Part shown: in pieces, positions 27,933 to 39,974 of the stretch
Layout: the number at the start of each line of letters is the position of its first letter
Position numbering within the stretch: position 1 is the first letter of the stretch
Assembly: GCA_951406725.2 (NCBI GenBank)
Contig: OX597818.1
Location: 99,262,001 to 99,326,000, forward strand
Direction of reading: 5' to 3'
Length of the DNA stretch: 64,000 nt
Source: Octopus vulgaris
Lineage: Eukaryota
Program-made: the position numbers and the translations under genes
Notes under the pieces: generated by a model
Told to the model about the DNA's origin: nothing
The model's database searches: none
Seen by the model: the letters and a program-made list of their open reading frames with translations, nothing else

Positions 27933-27998
27933 CTGAATGTATTAATAATGTAAGAAACGTCTATAATGGTTCTATCCAGGAAGTAAGTCATTATATCA
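27933..27998 (-). CDS. Candidate 66-nt phase 2/2 exon (DIMTYFLDRTIIDVSYIINTF-R-stop when joined to 27808)
   Basis: Acceptor ttcctgttaaAG, open frame, donor CAG|GTAAGA at 27932; 124-nt intron to a strong acceptor ttttttttaattttcAG at 27809. No homology recognised. Confidence 0.3.
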
Positions 27999-29319
27999 CT
28001 TTAACAGGAAATTATGTCTAATCTATGGACATCTACATCTTTGTCCTTGTAATAATGAAGTCCAAAATGTAGATGATTAGAAATAAATGCTACTAAGTTT
28101 TTAATTAAATGATTTACTATCTATGCCATTATACATGTCCTACTCTCTTACTTTACAAATATTACCATACTACCTTCTTGCTTTTGGTGGTGTGTTAATG
28201 TCAATGACTTAAAAATGTAAACTTTGATGGAGAATCATAGAACATCAGATTAAAAATCAAATACTCTTTCAGCTTGTCCTACATTAGAAGTTCATCCTCC
28301 AGTATTGGTAAAGCAAGTGCACCAAATCATATATTAAAGTCAATATAATTGACAAGACCAGTTCCTTATGATTGGGTTCTTTAAATTAGAATATTGTTTC
28401 TCGACATTGCCAAAGTCATCTTGATGCAATTGTTTTACTTCCTTGCATCATTCTTACATTATCTTATCTCCTAGATCCCATATTGTATATATTTCCTAAT
28501 CCTCTGTGTATGTGTGCATTAGCATGCATATGTGTTTATATGAGTAAGTTGTTTAATATTTGGCATATTTTTTCCAATCTAGTATACTATAAAAATTATA
28601 CAAATTATAATTCTTATACTGGATATTGGATCATATGTCTTAAAACATGATGGCTTTCTTGAAACTACCTGATTTATTGATGTATATATAATGCATACTT
28701 TTTCCCAGATTTTTGGACCTAAAAATTATATGCATCATACATGAGAAATAAATGTTAAACATTTATTTTTGTGGTTATTTTCAGGATGGCATAAGTTACA
28801 CTTATTGTCAAAGCTAACTTATATATCTCATCTCTTCTCTGCAACTCTTCTAATCACTTTTTCCTACATCCATCTTTGCATTACTCAGATACTCAGGGAT
28901 GTCTACTGCTCTAAAATTACATAGTAAATTAAACACTAAAATACTGGATATAATGAGAGAAGAAATATTAACTAAAATTACACATTTATGAAAACCATTT
29001 GTGCATCAGGTTTTGGTAAGTTGTGTTGATGTATAAAATATTTTTCAAAGGTATTCATTCACACAACTGCTTCTTATTGTTGTAATCCTTTTGTCTGATA
29101 CATTAAGAAATAGTAAACCAAAGATACCATTCAACCATAATTAGTGAAGGTATAGACTATCTGGTGCTTATGGTTAATGTTACACACAGATCAGGGAAAG
29201 AGATAAATTCTTTGATATAGACAAATTTTTAGCATAGATATTTGGATGCAGTTTAAAATTGACAAATGTGGATGGCCTGTGGGAAACAGCTTTCCACTTC
29301 CTAAAACCACTGAAGTAGA

Positions 29320-30000
29320 ATGTGAGATATAAATATTTGGTGTTGCATGATGATTATGTAAATAAGAAAAATCTGAGACATAAAACTGGAGAATACTGTA
29401 GGGTGTGTTGGAAAATCTTAGAAACACAGCTAGATAGAAGGAAAATTATGAGATATGAGATATTCTGCAACCTACCTTCAAATGTAAAAGAAAAAAAAAA
29501 TTGATAGATGTCCAAAAAAGAAAAAGAAAAAAACTTAGCAAAGCACTATAATTTGTATCTAGAAATCACTGTTTGTAGACTATGTACCTTTAAAACAAGA
29601 GATGTTATTCAACGTAACAGACTTGGAACAGAAGAGTATTTTAGGAAATGTGAAGAAATGCTTATATTCACAACCAACCATATCAATGATGTATACAGGG
29701 AAACAGAAAAGGATTACTTTAAAGGAATAATGTAATGGAAAACTGGGGAGACAAATCATTAAATAGGTTGCGTGGCAAACAAAAGTTAAAATAGTGGGAT
29801 TGTTTGAGAATTGGGGGACTAAAGTGAAAAACAGATATTCTAATCGTAGCTGTGTAAGGACAATTTAATAAAACTATTATGACAAAAATAAGCAAGATAT
29901 TAAATGCCAGATGAGTGGTAAAGTAGAAACATAAAAGTGTAGGAAATTTGGATTCAAAGAAAATGGATGACTGGATCAACATAATCTAGAAGTTGTCATT
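29320..30000 (+). mobile_element. Very old LINE remnant, possibly R4/Dong clade
   Basis: YKYL...EYCRVCWKILETQL and RLYVP-like traces resemble the post-RT region of REL-type LINEs; heavily decayed. Confidence 0.35.
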
Positions 30001-30939
30001 GAGAGTTATAATTCTAAGATCCTGTAGGACTTCACAGTGCAAAATCATCATGTAAGAAAGATAAGGAAACCATGTATGATCGAAATATATAATATCCTAA
30101 ATGTTGCTATATGATAGAGATAGCATAGTCAAAGACAAAATCAGAAATGATTGCAAATTGTTAGAAATTGAGAAATCCTGAAGATATGAATGTGGAATTT
30201 ATTTGCGAACAGAAAAACTTGCTCAATGAACTGACAGACATTGAAATTGAGGTCCAATGATTGGAATTTCAATGGTGATTCTCTGTTATAAGATCCCTTT
30301 GCAAATAATAATAATAATAGTAATAACATGTTTCATTCAACATCCTTAAACAACCCTTATTTAGGGACCTTTTGAGTGGGATGGGCTACTCAATCTGAAA
30401 AAATTCTGAGCCCCACCTGCAAGGTCATGTGCTCTTTATTTTAATATGAGATCACCGTGTTGCACACATATGGTTGTGATGCATGTGCCTGGTGTGCTCT
30501 TATCAGATGGGTATACTGGGCTTCGTATATTTGAACCCCAGTGTCACTTTGATGGCATGAACTGCACTCTCACTCAATAATAATAATAATAATAATAATA
30601 ATAATCTTTTCTACTAAAGGCACAAGGCCTGACATTTTGGAGGAGAGGACTTGTCGATTACATTAACCCCAGTACTTGACTGGTACTTAATTTATCAACC
30701 CCCGAAAGGATGAAAGGCAAAGTTGACCTTGGCGGAATTTGAACTGAGCAAAGGGTCAGAAGAAATGCCATTAAGCATTTTGTCCAATAGGGTAACAATT
30801 TTGCCATCTTGCCACCATAATAATAATAATAATAATTATAATAACAATGGTTTCAATTTTTTGGCACAAGGCCAGCAATTTCAGGAGAGGAGTAAGCCAG
30901 TTACATCAACCCCAGAGCTCAACTGGTACTTAATTTATT

Positions 30940-31122
30940 GATACAGTTCTAAATTTAAGAGATGAGGAATTGTGTGCATTATTTACATTTGACGGATATT
31001 TGTCCTCATCTTGTTTGTTGTTAACACAGCGTTCCAGCTGATATGCTCTCCAGCCTTCATCAGGTGTCTTGGGGAAATTTCGAACCTGGGTTCTCATTCC
31101 TAAGGTATCATTCCTAAGGTTA

Positions 31123-31125
<3 letters not shown>
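30940..31125 (-). mobile_element. Penelope-like terminal repeat fragment carrying a degenerate hammerhead
   Basis: Contains the gacac-CTGATGA-a-ggctg..cagct-GGAAC-gct-gtgtt motif next to an (ATT)n tract; minimal type I hammerheads are a known feature of PLE pLTRs. Confidence 0.55.
31023..31068 (-). ncRNA. Degenerate type I hammerhead ribozyme motif
   Basis: Intact CUGAUGA, stem I gacac/gtgtt, stem II ggctg/cagct; GAAA and the NUH triplet are mutated. Confidence 0.5.
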
Positions 31126-31170
<45 letters not shown>

Positions 31171-32766
31171 GTTGTTGTTGTGTTTTTCAGGTCACTGCAT
31201 GGAATCAAACTCGGAATTTTGGGGTTTGTGGTATTGACCCTGAAAGGATGAAAGGCAAAGTTGACCATGGTAGAATTTGAACACAGAAAGTAAGGACAGA
31301 TGAAATGTGCAGCATCATTTTGTGTAACATGAATAATTCTGCCTGCTTGCCAATAATGATAATAACAATAATAATCCTTTCTACTATAGGCACAAAGCCC
31401 AAAATTCTGGAGGTGGAGGCTAGTCAATTACATCAACCCAGTGCATTACTGGTACTTATTTTATCAACCCGAAAAGGATGAAAGGCAAGTTGACCTCAGC
31501 AGAATTTGAACTCAGAACATGAAGACATACAAAATACCAGCCCCAAACAAGAGAACAGTTGTCAGGAAATACTTGTCACTGCATTAATTAGTAAAATAAC
31601 AGCAAGTGTTGCAGAAAAGGAGAAAGAAAACCTCGTTGAAGAAATTTTGCATACTTAGCGTGTCAGCATGTCTAAAGTCAAACCTACAGAGAAATTAAGC
31701 AATGCGAGATTCTGCTTGAATAGAAAATGGACAAAGATTTCTAGCAATATGCCAATCAGATCCCACAGCACAAAGTAACAAAAGGAGGAAATATATAGAA
31801 ACGAAGTGTGTGGAAATTGTGATTTGTTACATAGGTGAAGGAATATCTGAGGTTGAAAGACAAGTAAGAACAAGGTAATTATTGGAAAGAAAGTAGTTGA
31901 AAAGGACAGATGCTGATGTAAAAGACTGTGCTGTAAGGAAGTGAAACATTATTGAGAAAAACGTGTTTTGAAATTATTGTAACTGAACTTCTTAATTGTT
32001 GTGAACAAACCAAATTCTTTTCTGCGGTGTTTCTCTCTGAAGAAAGAAGACAAGTGTACTAGTGTATGAAACATTTTATTTTTTACTTGTCAAGACAAAT
32101 CAACATGTGTAAATGAGTTAGTTGAAGAAAAGCACCAATATATATATATATTTATTTACTTATTTAACAAAAACACAACAAACGGAAAATTTTCCAAAAG
32201 CAAACAGAAAATTCATAGCTATACAATTTTGTGCCTTATATATATATTGAATGTTGATATGTTCATGTCTTTTTTCTGCATGTTTGCAGTATTGGGACTT
32301 AAACCCACATGGTCTATGCAGGATTACACCTAAGGACTTATGGATGTATTTCTACAACATCAGAAAGTTGATCTATGAACTTTTATGCTTCTTTTTCCTT
32401 CTCTCTCTTCAACTCCTTATCCCTTTACTCCTGTCCTCTTTGTCATGATTCCATTAATTTATACCTTTCTCATTTTTCCCTATTTGTCTCTGATGATGGA
32501 ATATCCCATACTCTGGGATATCTCAGAAACAGCTGTAAGACTTTGAATATTTTTTCCAATAATAATAATGTATATGACTTGAGATGTTTGCTATGCCTTG
32601 ACATTTGTTGTCCTCTTTAACAATTTTATATCTACTATATTGGAAATCTGCAATGGCTTGATAACTACCATCTTGGCTACAAACTTGAAGGCTTAGTAAT
32701 CTGTTACAGCACTTACCTAGTGTACCTATTCATTTAGATTATCTGTGAACTAAACACCCATACTTG

Positions 32767-32811
<45 letters not shown>

Positions 32812-33436
32812 AAGTTTAGCTATTAATTGCTTATTCTTTAAAGACAAAACTTGGTGCTCTAGCCAACTCCTCGTCATCAATAAATTTTATTCTACTGAAT
32901 GTATGGAGACCCACCACCAGCAAACATTTTGCTGTTTTTTTACAAGTTGGTCAAGAATATCAAATGATACATACACACACTCGCACATACATTCATACAC
33001 ATGTATACATGCACACATAATTACATGTCCATATAGATATACACATACATAAATATACACACTGAGATATATGTATATCAGTATCATCATCATCATCATC
33101 ATTATTTAATGTCCTCTATTCCATGCACTGTATGGGCCAGAAGGAATTTGTTCAAGCAAATTTTCTACTGCTGGATGCCTTTCTTGTTGCCAACTCTTAC
33201 TTGTTTTGTAGCAAAATAATATTTCCTCAAGGTCAGGCCATCATAGAAAATTTGAAATGAACAACATCATGTTTATGAAAGTGAGGCTCATTTACAGCTA
33301 TCTAGTGATATCAAGACAAGGTGACACAAACACACATGCACACACACACACACACTCACGCACACGTGTGTGTATGTATGTATATATATATATATATATT
33401 CAACTTCCTAACCACTAGGTCATGTGTTCTCAAATA

Positions 33437-33577
33437 CATCATCATCGTTTAACGTCTGCCCTCCATGCTAGCATGGGTTGGACGATTTTGACTGAGGGCT
33501 GGCAAACCAGACGGCTGCACCAAGCTCCAATCTTGATCTGGCAGAGTTTCTACAGCTGGATGCCCTTCGTAATGCTA
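33437..33577 (-). mobile_element. RTE-tail repeat family, truncated copy
   Basis: (CAT)n-gtttaacgtctgccctccatgctagcatgggttggacg...ggatgccctt. Confidence 0.75.
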
Positions 33578-34982
33578 AATGATGATAAATATTGTATCTG
33601 AGGGTTTATAAGATGCACAAGCTTTGTAGGCCCTTTGTTGAATCCCCACGAACAACTAACTCTATCCTCGAACTTGTATTTTTAAGATGCAATTTAATTT
33701 TCTGGGATATTGTATTTTTTCGCCAATAGATGCTGGTGTGTATACGTCCCCGTAACTTAGTGGTTCAGCAAAAGAGACTGATAGAATAAGTACTAGGCTT
33801 ACAAAGAATAAGTCCTGGGGTCGATTTGGTCGACTAAAGGCGGTGCTCCAGCATGGCCACAGTCAAATGACTGAAACAAGTAAAAGAGTATATGTCACTA
33901 TAATGCAATAATAACAACTGTTGTTGATGCTGTTGTTACGAAAGGGTAGGTGGTGTTCAGCTGAATGTTTCTGTTCATATTTCTGTACATAGCCATTCTT
34001 AAAGTAGTTGTTGCTGATGGAGTTGTTGTTTAGCCCCAGGTTAACCTTGATTAAGAAAACCTATGATCAAAACTATTCCTAACATGACCATCTAGTTATT
34101 TTAGAGGTATGTAAGAATACTCTGTCCAGTGTCACCTCCCCTTTCCCAAAACAGTTAAGTGTGAGTGATTTGAGGGAATTCAACTGTTTTAGGTATTTAG
34201 ATCAATGAGTTTACTTCACTGTGTGACAACAGGTTGAGGGATGGTGATATTAGCAATGCATATTGTGGTGTTAATGGTAGTAGTGATGTTGATTCTGGTC
34301 TAGTGAGGTGAAGATATCATTCTAGTGGTAGTTGTAGCAGTTGTGATAAATAGTGATAAGGAAAGAGTATATCTCAGTGCTTCATATGACTCATAAAATT
34401 TCTCATAATTAGTTACTATCTATCCATCCCCACCTTACCCTCCTGTCCTTTGGAAAAGGTCAAATAGTTTAGCAGGTTTTGTTCTATATTTATTTCTTCA
34501 GCTCCTTCTTTCTCTCCTCTCCCTGTCTCCTTCATTCTGCATGCTACCTTCCACTGACTCCCTGCCCCTTTGTCCCTTAAAGTAACCCTAAACTCAACTC
34601 AGCAAATCATTAACTTGTTTTTCAGGTGACTTAGCTACCATGTAGTATGTTAAGTGCATATATGTATGTATATAAATATATGTGTGTGCAATTTAATATT
34701 TTGCTTAGGTATATATGAATGTATGTGTGAGTATATATGCATATACTTATATCTATAGTTAAGTACTGAGGTTGATTTCTTTGACTAAAAATTTTTCAAG
34801 GCGGTGTCCCATGGGACTGAAACAATGAAACAATAAGGAAAAATAAATACACACATATATATATATATATATTATAAAAAAATTCTATAATTATAATTAG
34901 GGTTCAACAAATTGCTTCACCACATACCAAGATTTAGAAATACCAGTTAAATACCATAAGATATCTTATGCATATATATACA

Positions 34983-35032
<50 letters not shown>

Positions 35033-35128
35033 TATATATATATATATGCATATATATATATGCATATATATACGCATATATATGTATGCATATATATATA
35101 TATATGCATATATATATATGCATTTACA

Positions 35129-35851
35129 TATCATCATCATCATCATCATCATCATCGTTTAACGTCCGCTTTCCATGCTAGCATGGGTTGGACGGTTCAA
35201 CTGGGGTCTGGGAAGCCCGAAGGCTGCACCAGGCCAGTCAGATGTGGCAGTGTTTCTACAGCTGGATGCCCTTCCTAACGCCAACCACTCCGAGAGTGTA
35301 GTGGGTGATTTTATGTGCCACCGACACAGGTGCCAGACGAGGCTGGCAGACGGCCACGCTCGGATGGTGTTTTTTATGTGCCACCGACACAGGTGCCAGA
35401 CGAGGCTGGCAGACGGCCACGCTCGGATGGTGTTTTTTATGTGCCACCGACACAGGTGCCAGACGAGGCTGGCAGACGGCCACGCTCGGATGGTGTTTTT
35501 TATGTGCCACCGACACAGGTGCCAGACGAGGCTGGCAGACGGCCACGCTCGGATGGTGTTTTTTATGTGCCACCGACACAGGTGCCAGACGAGGCTGGCA
35601 GACGGCCACGCTCGGATGGTGTTTTCTTATGTGTCACCGACACAGGTGCCAGACGAGGCTGGCGGACGGCCACGCTCGGATGGTGTTTGTTACGTGCCCT
35701 CAGCACGGAGGCCAGTCATTGCGGTACTGGCTACGGTCACGTTCGGATGGTTTTCTTATGTGCCACCGGCACTGGTACCACAAGGATACAAATTCCATTG
35801 ATGTTCATCTATTTTGATTTGGTTCGATTTGATTTGATACGATTCGATTCT
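35129..35851 (-). mobile_element. RTE-tail repeat family, young copy with six 63-bp units
   Basis: Unit gtgccaccgacacaggtgccagacgaggctggcagacggccacgctcggatggtgttttttat repeated 35315-35693, plus a diverged seventh unit. Confidence 0.9.
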
Positions 35852-36179
35852 CATATATATGCATATATTTATATGCATATATATATATATATGCATATAT
35901 ATATATATATATATACATATATATATGCATATATATATATATATATATACACATACATATATATATATAAACACACACACATATATATATATACATACAT
36001 GCATACATATATATATATGCATACATATATACATATATATACACATTTATATATATATATATATATGCACATATATATATATACACACATATATATACAC
36101 ACACACACATATACATACATGCATACATATATACATACATACATACACACATACATACATACATACATACATACATACA

Positions 36180-36228
<49 letters not shown>

Positions 36229-36235
36229 GTGTGCA
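35852..36235. repeat. Compound (TA)n/(CA)n/(TACA)n microsatellite
   Basis: Direct reading. Similar tracts at 2320-2465, 3028-3076, 13420-13530, 34970-35125, 45370-45670, 52310-52466 and 53675-54070. Confidence 0.95.
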
Positions 36236-36754
36236 TATGCATACCTACAGCCATATACGTGTACTTGCATACATGCACATTATCTGTGGGTGTGCATAAA
36301 CATTTCTCTACAGAGATATAAGGATTCTGAAAACCTCACTTTCTTTACAAATAAAAGAAATTATCAAATATATACACAATAAAGTAGAATAAGTGGGGTA
36401 AACTTTAATTGTCAATTTTTAAAGAAAATTTGTCAATTACAAAATGGGAAATGTAAATCAATTCTGAGGGATTTATTTTTTGATATTGGAAGAAATAATC
36501 TATATTTTGAAATAATGTTGTTTTAGGGAAGTATTGCATTTTTTTGGTAAACACTCAAAAACTTGCACACATATTATATTTGTATTTGTATATGTATTTG
36601 TTCGTTTCTCTTTTGGTCTCTGTCTTCCTATCTATCTGTCTATCTGTCTCCTTCCCTCTTCACTCTCTGGACACACATTCACACACACACACACACACAC
36701 ACACAATATATATATGTGTAAGTATGAGTGTGTACATGTTATATACACAGCATA

Positions 36755-37174
36755 CTCTTTTACTCTTTCACTTGTTTCAGCCATTTGACTATGGCCATGC
36801 TGGAGCACCACCTTTAGTCGAGCAAATCGACCCCAGACATATTCTTTGTAAGCCTAGTACTTATTCTATCGGTCTCTTTTGCCGAACCGTTAAGTTACGG
36901 GGACATAAACACACCAGCATCGGTTGTCAAGCAATGTTGGGGGGGGGGGGACAAACACAGACACACAAATATATACACATACATATATATATATATACAT
37001 ATACATATATACGACGGGCTTCTTTCAGTTTCCGTCTACCAAATCCACTCACAAGGCTTTGGTCGGTCCGAGGCTATAGTAGAAGACACTTGCCCAAGGT
37101 GCCACGCAGTGGGACTGAACCCGGAACCATGTGGTTGGTAAGCAAGCTACTTACCACACAGCCACTCCTGTGCC
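36755..37174 (-). mobile_element. Full-length SINE S1
   Basis: Reverse complement of the 63199-63645 copy. Confidence 0.9.
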
Positions 37175-37532
37175 TAAAGATTAGATTACTTCTTGGAGCC
37201 AGCAAATACTTCATCTCAGATTAGATAGTGTTTCTTTTCAAAGTTCAGATGCCTCTCAAATGGTACACTTCCATGTGTTCAAATGGTTTTGGTGTTGCAC
37301 CCATAGACACCCTTGACACCTTTTAAAAGAAAGTGACTCAACTGTCTCTTTCAGTCATTGGACACCAACCATGCTGAGGCACATACTTGAAGGTTTTAGT
37401 CAAATAAATTGACCCCAGAACATATTTTGTTTTAAAACCTGATGCTTACTCTATTGGTTCCTTTTGCTGAACTGCTATATTATGGGAAAGTAAGGAAACC
37501 AACACTATTTGTCAATTGATGACAGGGGACAA

Positions 37533-37570
<38 letters not shown>

Positions 37571-37974
37571 CAAGCTTCTTTCAGTTTCTGTTCACCAAAT
37601 CCTCTCACAAGGCTTTGGCTGGCCCAGGGCTACAGTAGAAAATACTTCCTGAAGGTATTGTGGGACTGAATGCAAGGCCACATGATCAAGAAGCAAGTTT
37701 CTCAACCACACATCCACACCTGTGCTTTTAGTTTTTTAACTATATAAACCAACAAATATTAAATTTATAAAAGACTCAGTACTTGTGTAGTGCCTAATAC
37801 TTATCATAATTTCATTTGATAGTGACTTTGAAGTTTCACTTGTAACAGTTTATTCTATCTAATAGTTTTATAAGCCAATATAACTCTCACTCATTGTCTG
37901 TCTGTCTGTCTATCTCTCTCTCCCCCTCCACCATTTGTCTTTGGCTCTCTCCCCCTCCACTTGTCTCTGGCTCA

Positions 37975-38645
37975 GAGTGATGAAGCCAACACTAAGAAAT
38001 GTTTGAAGAAACTAGCTGGATCTGCCTGAAACAATGTCAGATTTTCCCATGATGTGATCAACCTGGTGTGCTGTTGATCAGGAGTCAGAAAATGTGGCAC
38101 CCACCAAACAGAGACCTTCATCATGCCAAGTTCATTGTGTGGAATATTCTCAACTCTCTCAAGAGATATGCTAATAGCATCGGTTATTTAATTTATTATC
38201 AATCATCTGTCATCCATCACCATGTGGTGAATATGATCAATGTTTTCCTTGGTGGTAGCAGTTGCAGGACATCCAGACCTCAGGTCATTTTCAAAACTTA
38301 CCCTCCTTCTCCTAAATTCAGCTGCCCACTTTTGCACTGTTGATAAAGATGGAGTGTCATCCCCTAATATAGCAAGCATGTCAGCATGAATGTCCTTGCA
38401 GGGCTAGACCCTTTTTCTGCAGGCACTTGATAACTCAATGAAGCCAAATTTTGTCAGTTTACATGAGAAATCACTACTAGTTACATTTGAAGTCACCTTT
38501 GAACAGTCAGATGGTAGTTTACCCAGAAAGAAACAATGCAGTTATTTATAAGAAGATTTGAAATTGATGCATGCAAGATGCAAGATTTCAGAGCTTTAGC
38601 ATCTGTCCTTCATAGTCAGCCCATGAACTTTCCAGCCCACCCTCA
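37975..38645 (-). mobile_element. Mariner 5' fragment (TIR plus HTH region of the transposase)
   Basis: TIR-like gagggtgggctggaaagttcatgggctgac; broken translation KDIHADM..TLGDDTPSLSTVQKWAAEFRR..DLRSGCP..MKVSVWWVPHFLTPDQ (WVPH motif). Confidence 0.85.
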
Positions 38646-38670
38646 CTTACACACACACACACACACACCA

Positions 38671-38847
38671 CCCACTACACTCTTGGAGTTGTTGGCATTA
38701 GAAAGGACATCCAGCTGTAGAAACTCTGCAAGATCAAGATTGGAGCCTGGTGCAGCCATCTGGTTCGCCAGTCCTCAGTCAAATTGTCCAACCCATGCTA
38801 ACATGGAAAGCGGACGTTAAACGATGCTGCTGCTGCTGATGATGATG

Positions 38848-38848
<1 letters not shown>
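38671..38848 (+). mobile_element. RTE-tail repeat family, 5'-truncated copy
   Basis: cccactacactc...ggaaagcggacgttaaacgatg, then a (TGC/TGA)n tail; closely similar to the copy at 1550-1703. Confidence 0.8.
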
Positions 38849-38882
<34 letters not shown>

Positions 38883-39918
38883 TGTGAGAACATTTTCTGA
38901 AAGCTTTCATGTAAATTTAATTTTTGTTACTGATACATACTCACATGTATGCATGTGTGCATATGCATGTTTGTGCAAATGTGTATATGTGTGTTTGTCT
39001 ATTTCTGCATGTAATCCATTCAAGATACCAAGTATATAAGAAAATGGATAGTTGTATTATTTGGCTGAGTTTGTCAACCTGAATTCACAGTATTGTGTAA
39101 TGACGAAAGAAGTGAACCATATCTAAAAGCTGAATTGCTACAGAGAACAATCGCATGCCATAAATATGCAGTCTAACATCTACAGGTCATGTCTGACATA
39201 TAAACAGCTTCTACAGAATTTTTCTTACACAGTAAATATTTACAGGTTGTGCCTACAGCTTACATAATCAGCAATTTTAGAAACTTTGTCTACAGAGGCA
39301 AAATTCGCAGACTTTCCTTATATCAGAATTGGTTAATTTCATGAAGCAATTACAATAGAGTCACACTGATAAAACTCCTCCTCCTCCTCCTCCTCCTCAT
39401 CATCATCATCACCATCAGCAGCAGCAGTGTCAAATGAAGTAGTATGAGTAAAGAAGCAAGAGAGGATGGAATAGTTTTTTTATATTGTCTATCTGTATTT
39501 TTGATTTATAGTAAAAACTGTGATTGGCTTCTACTCTTAATGTGTAATTGATAAAAAAGAATAAAAATAAAGAGAAAAAAAAGGTAGAAATGAAATATCA
39601 AAACAAAAGTAGCTGAGTAGAATAATAATATTATTGATATAAATAATATTAATAATGATAGTTTTTCCAAGCAAAATAACAAAAAGAAAAATAATTTCTA
39701 AATCTAATAGTTTTTGTTATAAAACAGAAACATTTGAAATATTTTGTAGCTAAAACATTCTTGTTATGAAGCCAACAATAATATACAAACAACAGCAACA
39801 GCAGCAGCAATAATCCTCTCTTTATTGACCACAAGAGCCTAGACATACCATACAGTATATGACATATGTAAGAAGTTACAGAATATTGGGATGTATGTAT
39901 GTATGTACATATATATAC

Positions 39919-39974
<56 letters not shown>

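Noticed and set aside
35315-35759. CRISPR-like array or repeat protein (ORFs of 170-355 aa)
   Set aside because: There are no unique spacers and no cas genes, and the context is eukaryotic; the ORFs arise from a 63-bp unit plus microsatellite inside a dispersed repeat.
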